A stretch of DNA of 64,000 nt, taken from NCBI RefSeq assembly GCF_001194135.2, contig NC_068981.1:41803314-41867313 (forward strand), in the 5' to 3' direction. The position numbers and the translations under genes were made by a program. Below the pieces are notes generated by a model, which saw only the letters and a list, made by a program, of their open reading frames with translations, was not told the origin of the DNA and did not search any database. This document shows positions 32,200-45,550 of this stretch, one piece after another. This stretch comes from Octopus bimaculoides (lineage: Eukaryota). The first letter of the stretch is position 1; every line of letters begins with the position of its first letter.

Positions 32200-34400
32200 T
32201 ATTTGGATCATTTAGCGCTTCTTGCCCAACTGTCATTCTTCACACGCAAAACATGTCTCTGCCAACTCAGTCTCCCCTCTTACACGATACAGCCAGTCCC
32301 TTTTATACACATTTTTTTTTATCTTAGGTCATTTGTGCTCCGTTGTTCATTCTAATAATACATACCTTGCTGGAACATATTCACCTCATTTGTTCCCAGT
32401 ATTTGAATATCTTCCGTTTTCAATGCCATACTTCGTTATGTAATACTGCACCCACTATATACAATCCGCTAGAATTGGTACAGGCAATACTTCTCTGGAC
32501 TTTTCCATCCCATTGTTTCTATGGCTACTATGCTTTCAGAACACTCACCTTCAAACCAAGCGGCAAATTTTAGTGACTCTAAAAAAAAAAAAAGTGAATG
32601 TTATATCAATAAATTCAGAAATAATTTCTTCATTAATTCTGATAAAGCTTTTGTTATTTTTCGCAACTTGGTCCATCAATTTGATGCCCATGTTGATTTT
32701 TTTTACTAGAACTTTTCTGTTGTCCCTGTAGCAGTTGATGATGGTAATAATACATCACATATCAAAGATGACACATAACTGTTGTACCTGATTTAGTGAG
32801 GGACTAACCCGTGGTGTGCGTAGCGGAATGCTTTCGGTATCTCAGCAATTATCTCTGATGGTCTAGCTGATGATTTTTTGTCTTCTCATCCTTAATTTAC
32901 CTTTTGTTGGGCCTACTTGTAGTAGCATTTCCCTGCGTCATTCTTCTCGATGTCTGTAAAGGTAGCGAACAGTTAACATTCCATATACAGTTTTCTCCAA
33001 TATTTACACTGATACACTTTGCAATTTGGAACAGCTGAAACTGTTGGTCATTTTATCGCAGAACATTCACTAATCTTTCATTTTTATCTTACTTTGCATG
33101 ACATCGAGCTGCCCTCAGTTTTCCTCCCAAGCTTTCCAAATTTGTTTCTTACCTATTATAACTCTATACTCTACATCATTCCACTGCCATTTCACCTTCC
33201 ATCTGGATGGAACCTTGCTTCATTCAAAGACATGGTCTATGGTTAGCTAGCTGTTTCGTAAAAATCTTCCAGTTTATTTTATATTATAGGTCCATATACC
33301 TTTTCCCTTCATATCATAAATGTCACAACTTCTTTATACTTATATCTGACTGAGAAATGTTTGAGATTCTGTACTTTCCTTTTCCAGATTATTTTACGTC
33401 TCTGAATTCGTCTAACTGATCACTCTTCTATGTTGAGTAGTACATCCTTCATCATGAAGGACTTAGTATTCGCGGTCGGTTGCCTTATCTCATTTCCTGA
33501 TAATTACGAAGCCTATCTGGTCCGTCTGGCTTGCATGCTGGTCTGATTTGTAGATGATCAGGTGGTCATCTGTTTTTCTGAGTTGGTATTGCAAAAGGTC
33601 AGATCACTCTAAGTACCTTGATTCCTTTTCATTTCTCGTACCATATCCATATCTTCCATATATGCCGGAGAAGTTGCCACAGTGTTTCTCCATATGTCCA
33701 TTAGAGTCACTAGATATAACAAAGTCTCTATTCGTTATCGAGGCAGTCTAGAGGAAGATCTCATAGAAGCGATCTGTTGGTTCATCTGGCAGCCTAATTG
33801 TAGTGCATGTGCAGATATCACTGTCACAATCGTCTTGCTTATTACTCGTTCAAATTTATTTGGTCTATCACATACTTCGGCTATCTCAAGTAATTACTTT
33901 ATCAGTTTCTTTGCCAACAATATATACATTCCACTTACTTCTTTGCTGTTACCTACTGAGAAGAATTTGTGATTTACCCGCGTGGAGTCAGTTACAGAAG
34001 GTTCCATTTACCCTTTATTATACCAGTGTATTTTTGCATTAAGAATGTAGAAATAACCTTAACAACTCTACCACTACTATTTTTGCATTTGACAGGAAGA
34101 AGAGAGTTTCTGATAGTAGTGGTTAGAGTTGTTTTTATTTCGTTTTCTGTACCTGAAAAAGATAGTATCGGCACAGTTGTTTGATGTCAATCGTGAGATA
34201 TCACACCTGGTCAGTTGTTCACATCTTCCAACTCTGCCGCTAACATGGTAAGTGATATTCCTGTATACACAATCAGAAATTTTCAATGTATTTGTAACTG
34301 TCATGATTGGCATGGTGTTTATGGCTTCATGATGTTCTGATCACTAACCACTTTACAGTATGGATTGCGAAATTTATCGCACTACCAACACCAGAGAGTT
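32200..34400 (-). mobile_element. Degenerate RTE-clade LINE (AP endonuclease plus C-terminal part, internally deleted)
   Basis: Minus-strand translation with shifts: HKFFSVGN...TVISAHA...LPDEPTDRFYEI...SDSNGH...YGYGTRNE...TQHRRVIS; C-terminal remnant near 32200-32520. Confidence 0.75.
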
Positions 34401-34912
34401 TGTCCCATAAGACTAAAGTGCTCTCGCCATGGTGTCAGTTTTAATTCACAGTTACTGTCCCTTTGACGAGTTGCCTTCTCTATAACTTGTGACTACGTTC
34501 TACGTTCGGTTATGGCAGCTCGTTTTGTTAACTATTCGAATTGTGCGGATTGTCCAAACGCCTAGAGAGCTCGTCTTCATTACAACTGTGAAACTATGTT
34601 TTTGCGTGACTAACACGATTTACCATGTAACCGCAACAGTTTAGGGCAGACAGACAGGTTGTTATCGAAATGAGATGTGGAACTAAATAGGAGGTAGATC
34701 TATCTACTAAGGTATTTATCCCGCCGGAGCATTGTGGTTACGGAGCTACCTCTCTCTCCACAATGAAGATAAGTGAGGTCAGTGGAAGACTGTGTTTAAT
34801 GTAGTTGTATAATGTAGCTATGTTTGCCTCTTAGGCGGTATTTAGCGGGGAATTGAGATTGAGGAGAAACGACTTTCCATAATGTTGCTAATGGCAGTCA
34901 CATTGTCTTAGC

Positions 34913-34949
34913 ACGCACGCACGCACGCACGTACGTACGCACGCACGTA

Positions 34950-34997
<48 letters not shown>

Positions 34998-35013
34998 NNN
35001 NNNNNNNNNNNNN

Positions 35014-35054
<41 letters not shown>
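34913..35054. repeat. (CACG)n and (CA)n microsatellite, with gap
   Basis: Direct reading. Confidence 0.95.
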
Positions 35055-35058
<4 letters not shown>

Positions 35059-35109
35059 CCTCATGCACATAGATACCACGTACGGACATGTAGTGTATTA
35101 AATATTATC

Positions 35110-36005
35110 ATTATTTTGCATCCACTTTTTCATGCTGGCATGAACCGGACAGGTCTACTTTATTACAGCATTTCATTACTTGTTACAACCCTTGGTCACC
35201 TCCTTCGCAACTTATTCCCAGAACTTTCTAAACTTCCTCCCTCACAAGTTCCTCCTAAATAGATCGCATGGCTCTTCTTTCTCGGTTATCATTCTTCATA
35301 TGCCTCACATGGTCGTACCATCGCAGTCTTGCGTGTTACGGGCTTCATTCCTTTAATGTTCAGTTTGTCTCTTAAATCACATGTGTTCCGCCGTTTATAT
35401 ATACCGACACGATGCATTTAATGGAGGACATTCACCTTATTACTTTCTATCCATCATGCATCCTCTGCAGTTTTTGTGCGTATGTCTCGCTGTTATGCAA
35501 CATTGCATGTTGTGTGAAACGTCATATTATTTGTACCTCTTCAGGAAAGAGAAATCCTTTATTGCAACACCTTTGAATATTTTCTACCACGGTCCTGATT
35601 CTGTTTTTTTTTATGCTTTCGCTATATTTTCGTTGTTGATTAAGTAACCCAAGCAACAACAGAAGTCAACTATTTCTAATGAGCTTTCTGGGCTGTTGAA
35701 AGTTTGTTGAACATGGGCCTTCCTATTGCTATACACTTTTGCGTAGTCGCTAAATATGTAATCCTTTGTCAGCGTGCTTTAGGCTCCACTAAACATTTAT
35801 ATAAATATAGTTTACAATGAGTATACAGTATAGACCTCCTGCCGACGCCTTTTCTGGATATAGTGTATAGGCGTATCTCAAGAGGCAGTAGAGTTACTGT
35901 TTACATTTAGTTCTCTCAGTTCTAGGCTTTGCTTCCACATTTTCAACGTATCCCTTATTTCTTCGACTATAAGATCTAGGTCGTAAGCATACATGAATTT
36001 CCATA
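35110..36005 (-). mobile_element. Degenerate RTE-clade LINE 3' fragment
   Basis: LWKFMYAYDLDLI...WKQSLELRELNVN (decayed YADD); ends in the catgctggcatg-type RTE tail also seen at 2460. Confidence 0.7.
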
Positions 36006-36073
36006 GACAGTCGGTCATATATCATATGCATCTGATGCATACATAATACATACATACATACATGTATGCGTAC

Positions 36074-36132
<59 letters not shown>

Positions 36133-39100
36133 GTGAACTAATGCGCAGACACAACGCGCAATTATTGAAATCTATCGGTTAGTGATGGAGTGCCAGTCAG
36201 CCGAGTGGTCTTTCTCTGGATGTTATTGTGCATAACAGCAGCACCAACTTTGTAACTTCTCGTTACACCCAAATCGATATTGCAGTTCTGCCTTGCAAAG
36301 TATATAAAATATGTATGAGACAAATTACTTTGATCAGTATAATAGATATAATTGACTAAAGCTGTTAAAAGGAATATTCCAGATGGCCACAGTTCAATGG
36401 CTGAAACAGTTTTATTTAAAAATCTTTCACTTTTACTCTTTTACTAGTTTTAGTCATTGGATTGCGAATCTACTGAGGCTCCACCTTCAAGCACTTTACT
36501 ATTTAGTCTAGTACACATTTTATCGATCTTTATTTATCGAATGGCTCACTTAACCTGAATTAAGTCTCTTTAGAGATAACAGTTCAAGTGAATCTTTTTT
36601 AGGAACACAGCTGGACTCCACCATGATACAAAATTATTATTTTGGAATGCAGAAATTTATCTCTTGTCTCCCTAAACATAACTTAAACAATTTCTTTATA
36701 GTTCCTTTTCTGTTATCTTTCTTTCTTTAAGAAGAAGAAGTATAATTGATTGACCTTATTCCATTACAATTGTTTCAAAGGCGGCGAGGAGGCAGAATCG
36801 CGAGAGCGTTGGAGTAAATGACGCACAGTATTTGTTTCGGATATTTATATTCCGAGTTCAAATCCTACCGGGGGCCAATTTTACCCTTTTCAAGCCCCTG
36901 AGGAGTAATAGTTAAGTAATAGTAAAGTAACTGTTAAGTGATGGGTCGATGTATTCGAGTAAACTCCTTCTCTTTAAAAGTGCTGGCCTTGTACCTAAAT
37001 TAGAAACCATTACTATTGTTTCATCGGCACGAAGTGGATTTAAGCCTCGCACGAATCAATACTTTTAAACATAGTCTGAATATTTAACTGGTGACGTCAA
37101 CTTCCCTTCACTGTACGTTCTCTGCTCAGACATGGGACCTGAATCTTAAAAGTGTGGAAAAATGTGAAGTTTATGGCTTATGAAAATTATTGCTACCGTA
37201 AGAAACGTAAAGTTGTTCCAACTGCAAATTGAAATGATTTTTAAAAACTGAGACTAGCAGTCAATTTTGAAAATATAGGATGTTGTGTCAATACCAGATG
37301 TTATCACTATTTATTTCATTAAAATTGGAAGTATAGTTGGCGCAGGTATAGCTGGGTACTAAAAGGACTTTTCTTCGTAATCATATGACTCCAGGTTCGA
37401 TCGCATTGCGTGGTTCTTTCAGTAAACGTCGTCTCTCATACTTTTTCTCCATTGGATCACTCCATGCCTTGAGTGAAACTGGGTAAATCAAAGATATGCC
37501 TATTATTAAGTGATTTATTGACTGCACCTAATAAATCGTGGTTTCGCTTCCTATTCCCCACCTCCACTAGTCTCGAATTCCATCCAATGGCCATGGGCAG
37601 CCACTCTGCTTTCTCTGACGAAGAAATAATACAAAAGACAAGAAAACCCCAATCAAATGAAAAGCATATCTGGCGACTATTGTAGGATTAGATTGATGTA
37701 AGAAACATGAGTGTCATAGGAGTTACTATTGACTACATGACCCAATACTCTAATATTTGTGCCAAATCTGTAAAGAGTGTATATATTTCAGTAAATCCTC
37801 TCAAATCCACTGAGATGAATAGACAGCTAAGTGAACCCTGGTGGAATTTGAACTTGTAACATAGAGGGAAACTAGATGCCATCAAATCTGACGTTCAAAA
37901 TTCTTGCTATTTAGAATAATGACATGTGATGTGTATGAGTTTATCTAGAATAATGACATCTAAGTGTATTTTACATTTTGTGCCTGCAATATTTTCTGTC
38001 TAGTCAAATACATTTTCACTAACTGAACTTCAACTTGTGAAATGCTACAGTCAACTTGTTAGATGTGCTTCAGTCATCCTTGATCTTGTGTTTTATTGCA
38101 TAAATATATTGACAAAAGAGAAGAAAACAAACAAAGCAAATCAAAATATATTGACATGGGTTTCAGTTCTGAATTATTCATCGATATTCAACATTTTTAT
38201 GGCTTTAAAAACAATATTTAATGAAGGTTACGAGTTTATTTGCAGATGTTCTTATTTAGCCCCAGGCTAACCCTAATCGAGTAGAGCTATGGTTAAACGC
38301 TTTTCGCTTGTGACCATCCTATCGTTTTTAAGTGTACCTAGGGCCATAGATCCATAGTACATAATGTGTTCTTCCTGGTTTAAGACAGAAGAGTATGATC
38401 TGAGGGAGATTCGGCTGCTATTTCTAGCAGGTCTAGTGATTGTGTCATGTAGCAGTCCCCACATGGCTCTTTGTTCACCAGATTGTCTTGTGCTGTCAAA
38501 CAATATTCAGTTAATAATTTCTGACATTTGTCACACTTTTGCAGGGAAATTGGCAATTTAATCAGTTCCAGTTCATGTCATTAACATTTACTTGTCATTA
38601 AACATTATAATTACTAATTCTCCAATAAGATGTGTCCTTTCAGGGACAATTTTATTGACACTACAATGGCTTCTGTTTTTCTTACTTCTACGTACCCCTA
38701 CCTAAAACCACTTGTTCCACTTGAGCCAACGAGGGAGCCTCTCGATCGACCGGCTAGAAACAGTAGTCAAATCTTTCTCATATAATAGGATAATGTAGAT
38801 GTATGATACAGTCTGAAAAAGATGGGATGGTCATGGGTTACGATTGGAATGTCTTACGATTGGAGTGTCCTCTATGTGGGTTGGCCTGGACCAAACAGCA
38901 ACAACCTGTGCAGTAATTTTTTCTTTTGATTTTATCACACTCACTTTATTTTACTTCAGACACCATATTAATCACTAATTAATTATTTTCCTTTCGAAAT
39001 ACAGTTTTTGAAAGCACCAACCTAATATCAGCTTAAAACGGCTCAACGTGTACATTAAGTTCACACACAAATCTCACCCAATTTTCCTTCTATACCCTAG

Positions 39101-41768
39101 GGTAAAAGAAGTTAAAGTATGATGGATACCACATATTTCCCCCAGATTAATCATTAAAAGAAATATAACATGCCAGTTTAACATTTCCTGTGTATCATAA
39201 ATATTAATAATCAAAACTCTAAAAATTAATCATGTTAATGTTATTGTTTTTAACAAAGGTTTCAAACGTCACCTTTTTTGGAGCATGAAGTCAAGATTTG
39301 TGATGCTCAGTATTATTTCTAAGGGCCACTAGTAATGAAAATATTTCCAACAAAGAATTGAAATGTATCTTGGACAAAGTTGGGTGTTGTATCAATGGTG
39401 TTTATTTCTATATTATCAATAGTAAAGCCACATCATCTTCAGTGTGTGTTTTATTATTACTTTCAATGTAAATATGAACAAATAATATTTTCTCATATTT
39501 GCTGTAATCCTAAATTTGAGTTCAAATTAATCAAAGCTAATCAAATCATTTTAGTCCATTGCAGCACTAAAACTATATTATTTTAGTCTATCACACCAGT
39601 AGTTTACATATCAATATTACGAACCAACTTGAGGTGTCGAGCAGGTAGAATCGTTAAGCAGGCCGGATAAAAAAAAATAGCGACATTTCATCCATTTTTA
39701 CGTTCTGGGTTCAAATTCTGTCGAAATCGACTTTGCCTTTCATTCTTTCGGTGTCGTTTAAATGAGTACCAGTTGAACACTGAAGTCGATGTAATCGACT
39801 TTCCCTCGCCCCCGAGGGTCAGTTTAATCGACTTAGCTCTTCCCCCGAAATTGCTGGCCTTCTGCCAAAATTTGAAACCAATATTACGAACCAACGTAAG
39901 GCGACGAGCTGGCAGAATCGTTAGCAAACCGGGCAAAATACTTAGTGGCATTTCGTCAGCCTTTATGTTCTGAGTTCAAATTCCGCCAAGGTCGACTTTG
40001 CCGTGCATCCTTTCGGGGTCGATAAAATAAGTACCAGTTGAGCACTGAGGTCGATGTAATCGACTTTCCCTCGCCCCCGAAACTACTGGCTTTGTGACAA
40101 AATTTGTCACAACAAACCAGCGTGGGAATATTTCCATTGTCATTCGAACTGCTAAAATAACAGCCAAATTTGCCCAACTTACAGTATAGTCCTAGATATA
40201 CAAAAATACGACATAGTCACGGCTTCGATCACAGATATGCTCTATCAAAGATGACTCGAGCAAAACAACAACGAATGGGAAATCTTTTCTCATGCAAGCA
40301 TCCGATGCTTCAGATACCTGATTTGTTCTCAGCTTGTTCATAGACAATCACTTTTCCACATTAAGATTATGCATCTGGTGAATTATATAAGACTTATTTA
40401 GATATAGTCACTAAGGCTCTTTCTTTTATTGATTATGTCAAAAGCGATTCACAGTACCATGCTTCTAATGCATAGTTTCTTACAGTTTAATTTGTATAGC
40501 AACTCAGCACCAATAGTTACTAGGATAAACAGCAGTCTTTGATGTATTGAGAGAGAGCAATATGAAATATAACAGACAGGCAGAATGCAAGTGAGCAATG
40601 GAAACGACTGAGCATTAGAAAATGTAAATGGTTAAAAAATGGAATAATAAATTGGATTGTTGTAATGAAGAGAAAACATCTAACATCTCGGGTTCTACAT
40701 TTTACTGGAGAGTGATAAACATTAGAAACATTGGGCAATTTACACGAGCAAATCTATGGATTATACATATAAAGAAACTATTTAGAAACTATGCAGATAT
40801 CGTTAAATTAACTCTTAGACGTCAGAACTGTGAGAATGAATTGGACACAGATACATATAATAATGTGTAGATCTATTTAAACCATGCTAAAACGAAAGAG
40901 ATGAAACGAAAATGTCATCTAGTACGCAAGTACATGCACACACTTATATACACTGTCAGAAGTGTATAAGTTCGCTTATGTCGGTGATAATGCTTGTATG
41001 CAAGCGCACCACTATAATCTTGATCTTAATCGTTTAAAATCTTAACCTTCTCCGACGATGAATGTATAAGTACATGTATATATATATATATATATNNNNN
41101 NNNNNNNNNNNNNNNNNNNNNNNNNNNNNNNNNNNNNNNNNNNNNNNNNNNNNNNNNNNNNNNNNNNNNNNNNNNNNNNNNNNNNNNNNNNNNNNNNNNN
41201 NNNNNNNNNNNNNNNNNNNNNNNNNNNNNNNNNNNNNNNNNNNNNNNNNNNNNNNNNNNNNNNNNNNNNNNNNNNNNNNNNNNNNNNNNNNNNNNNNNNN
41301 NNNNNNNNNNNNNNNNNNNNNNNNNNNNNNNNNNNNNNNNNNNNNNNNNNNNNNNNNNNNNNNNNNNNNNNNNNNNNNNNNNNNNNNNNNNNNNNNNNNN
41401 NNNNNNNNNNNNNNNNNNNNNNNNNNNNNNNNNNNNNNNNNNNNNNNNNNNNNNNNNNNNNNNNNNNNNNNNNNNNNNNNNNNNNNNNNNNNNNNNNNNN
41501 NNNNNNNNNNNNNNNNNNNNNNNNNNNNNNNNNNNNNNNNNNNNNNNNNNNNNNNNNNNNNNNNNNNNNNNNNNNNNNNNNNNNNNNNNNNNNNNNNNNN
41601 NNNNNNNNNNNNNNNNNNNNNNNNNNNNNNNNNNNNNNNNNNNNNNNNNNNNNNNNNNNNNNNNNNNNNNNNNNNNNNNNNNNNNNNNNNNNNNNNNNNN
41701 NNNNNNNNNNNNNNNNNNNNNNNNNNNNNNNNNNNNNNNNNNNNNNNNNNNNNNNNNNNNNNNNNNNN

Positions 41769-41833
<65 letters not shown>

Positions 41834-42317
41834 TACACACACAACAGTAGTATAAAAATATAGAATCACAGAATCATGCATCTATCACAGTTAGCATTTC
41901 CATTCGGAATCGCGTTAATCAATTATGCATTAATTGATTAATCTATTACACTGTAGTATAACGCAATCTATCCGTATAACTGAAAATTTGGAAAATCTGA
42001 GCGATAAATTTTTCAGTGACGAGCAAATAGGCATAAAGTCAGGAGGTATGTGAGGTGAAGATAGATTTTATTTTTCCATATCACTTCCATATGATTACAA
42101 CCCTTTCATAAACTTCTTCAGGCTGTATTAAATTCAGTATGCAAAAAATATACGTATAATATCCTTTTATAGATATGTATGCTCAGTATTATACAATTGT
42201 ATATTGAATTAATTAATGAAAAGAAACAAAGTTAACTCTTCAGATCATCAGAAAATCATGGTTACGTCTACAATTCAACTCGAGTTGAATCGTAGATGTA
42301 ACTATGTTGTTCCGGTA

Positions 42318-42318
<1 letters not shown>

Positions 42319-42387
<69 letters not shown>

Positions 42388-42600
42388 ATATGTANNNNNN
42401 NNNNATATGTATTTATGCACGTATGTTTGTAAGTATGTACGTGTGTATGTACGTATGTATGTATGTATGTATGCATGCATGTATGTATGTATGTATGTAT
42501 GCATGTATGTATGTATGTATGTATGTATGTATGTATGTATGTATGTATGTGTGTATATGTCTATGTGTATATGTTCACGCACGTATACATGCGTGTGTGT
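42319..42600. repeat. (TATC)n and (TGTA)n compound microsatellite
   Basis: Direct reading. Confidence 0.95.
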
Positions 42601-43011
42601 GCATGTCTTTGTGCTTGTTCCCAAACTGCTTGACAACAAATGCTGGTTTGTTCATGTCTCTGTAACTTAGTGGTTCGGCAAAAAGACCGATAAATACGAG
42701 ATTAAAAAAAAAAGTCAAATCGACTTAACCTTTCAATGTGGTTCCCCAGTATGGCCGCAGTCAGATGAATGAAACTAAAAGAATAAAAGAATAATTTACA
42801 CAGAAATGCTTCGATCTTTCTTATTCTTCCTCACTTCATTACTCCAGTCCACCTCCTGCCATTGATTTGTTCCTTCTTCCTTTCCTTTTCCCTTACACTC
42901 TTTAATTTTACTTTTGTCCTTCAAAACACTTCTCGTTTCTTCTCTGAAGAAAATCTTTGACTGAAATGTTTAGAATTAACATCTCTTCCCAACTTTAAAA
43001 CTTATTCAATT

Positions 43012-43221
43012 CTCTCTTTACTCTTTTACTTGTTTCAGTCATTTGACTGCGGCCATGCTGGGGAACCGCCTTTAGTCGAGCAAATCAACCCCGGGACTTA
43101 TTCTTTGTAAGCCCAGTACTTATTCTATCGGTCTCTTTTGCCGAACCGCTAAGTTACGGGGACATAAACACACCAGCATCGGTTGTCAAGCAATGCTAGG
43201 GGGACAAACATAGACACACAA

Positions 43222-43260
<39 letters not shown>

Positions 43261-43425
43261 CATACATATATACGACGGGCTTCTTTCAGTTTCTGTCTAC
43301 TAAATCCACTCACAAGGCTTTATTTGGCCCGAGGCTATAGTAGAAGACACTCGCCCAAGATGCCACACAGTGGGACTGAACCCGGAACCATGTGGTTAGT
43401 AAGCAAGCTACTTACCACACAGTCA
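43012..43425 (-). mobile_element. SINE family 1, full-length copy; partial copies at 800-965 (-), 4600-4745 (-), 10990-11130 (+), 20582-20820 (+), 25225-25350 (-), 26100-26230 (-), 30825-30885 (-), 31897-32105 (+), 37340-37490 (+), 42560-42790 (+), 45410-45680 (+), 50180-50340 (+)
   Basis: Reverse complement closely matches 3604-4043. Confidence 0.85.
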
Positions 43426-45512
43426 TGGATTTTATTAACTTTTTTAGAGGACGGGAGTGACGACTATTTAAAATAATTTAAATGTATACAGGCTTGGTTT
43501 TTAGCCTTGCAGTATTTATAACATTTATCAATAGTTTTCTCAGAATCTAGCTATTCCCATTGCTAAATACCTATGAAACCAAACCGCTCGTGTCTTAATT
43601 CAACAGTCTTCTCCCCCATCAAACCCACAATAATTCGTTTACTTCTTTTTAGTTTGATCCCTTTATAAATAAAAAGTATTCAATATATTCTTATCTTGAA
43701 TCGTTTCATCAAAAGCGAATCTTCTGCATTTGTGACCCGAGTTGTTTGCCGCACAATAACTCTGAAAAGAAGCAATTGTAGCATCGATACGTTCTATAAG
43801 ACATATAACCTGTTTTCCTTCTCTTCTTTGGTAATTGATTAGGATATCTAATATGAAAAATAGAATACTAACGAAAAAAACAAACAATCAAATTTTCTGA
43901 ATATCTGTCCCCGACATTCTAAATACTGAATTTTTGCTATTGATTTCCCCATGAACACAAACTGTTTGAAGTTTCTTGGCAAAAGAATCTCAGTCCAATC
44001 TTTTGAACTGTTCGTTTTTACTACGTTATCGTGCTTTGCCGGCATAACTGGAAAAAAATCATTAGAAATGTTTTATCTTATGTATACATGTATACTTATT
44101 TTATTTTGGTATCAAGAAAGTGTTAGCGGTTAAAGTGCTGAACTATTGACCTTTACGTCATGAGTTCAAAACTCTGTCATCAATATCATATGCCCCATTT
44201 TCATAATAATTTCAAAATCGTTCATCTTCATTAAATAAATTAGTTGATAGCATGCGGAAGGTTGTCTTGGAGCAAAATTGCAGCTTCAATCATCAAGTTG
44301 GTCTATTTGTTTTGATTTTTCACAACTATATAGAAAAAAATCTGCGTAATTTAGTTAAATTATTATTAAAGGTGAGGCATTGGACGAGGGGTATTTGCTT
44401 TATAGTATCGTATTTATTAAGAGAAAAGAGAACACAAATCAATGGAGAGTGAGTGTTCACCAATGTTGGTGTCTGAAGTTTTGTCCATTCCATCTATTAA
44501 ACATAACATTTTTTTTAGATGTGAGCTAGAATATAAGTTATTTTAGTTGTATTGCCCAATAACCATGAACGAGAAGACCTGTGATGAAAGACGTTTGAGT
44601 CATGACCATCCCATATTTTTTCGGATGCTATGTATCTAGGACCACCTTAAACAAAGAATGCTTCGGTTTTAAAGAAGTTAGAATGTGATTTGAGAGAATT
44701 AGCTTCGTCTACCAGCTTATTGAAAACCTACTCCTCATTCAACAATTTTTCCATATTTTTCTTCATGTCTGTAAATATTTTCTAACTTTTTGTCGTTTCT
44801 GCTTTTTTACTATCCTTAATCTTTTTAAAACCTCGGTTGGATGTAATTTGAGGGAGATTTAGATGCTAATCATAACAAATCGAGCGACCCTGTAAAGCCT
44901 CTTATGTTAGCTTGCTTAAATATAGGCACCAGAGGCGAGAACAACGTCTCATAAAACTGTGAGCATTATTCCACTCTTGTGGCTTACATAAGGTCAACAA
45001 CAGCTTTGAACTGGAAGAAAGAAACTCAATCTTCCTGAAATAATTTTGGTTATGCGATATATCTAAGCTTGCCCTAAGAGATAATCGGAGATTATTAAGC
45101 CTAGCATTTGCATGACATGCAAGGGCCCTAGATGTGTATCACTCATGAGTAGTGAGGGCATGTTGAGGGTTTATTTTTATGGCAATAAACGCCTGTTGTG
45201 GCTGGATAGCCGCAGGTTAGCGTTGATTGAGCTGATCTTTAATCAAAGGCATAATAGCTGTAACCATTTTTAGTTACAATGTATATAGGTCTACAGTATT
45301 AATCTAGCTTTCTTTCTTTTTTTATTTGTAAGACGGTAGTATTATTTCTGGCGGTGCAAGCGACCATATACAGACTTCGTCATTAGTGCTGTTGAATAAA
45401 ATTAGCTTGTCTGGCTGTGTGGTAAAGAAGTGACTTTGGATTCACTCCTACCACGCGGCTCTGGGCCTTTTGAGTGAATTTTGGTACACGGAAACTGCGT
45501 GGGATCCTTCCG

Positions 45513-45550
<38 letters not shown>

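Noticed and set aside
40560-40870. Purine-rich, coding-looking stretch
   Set aside because: Stops in all frames and only vague LINE similarity; not assignable.
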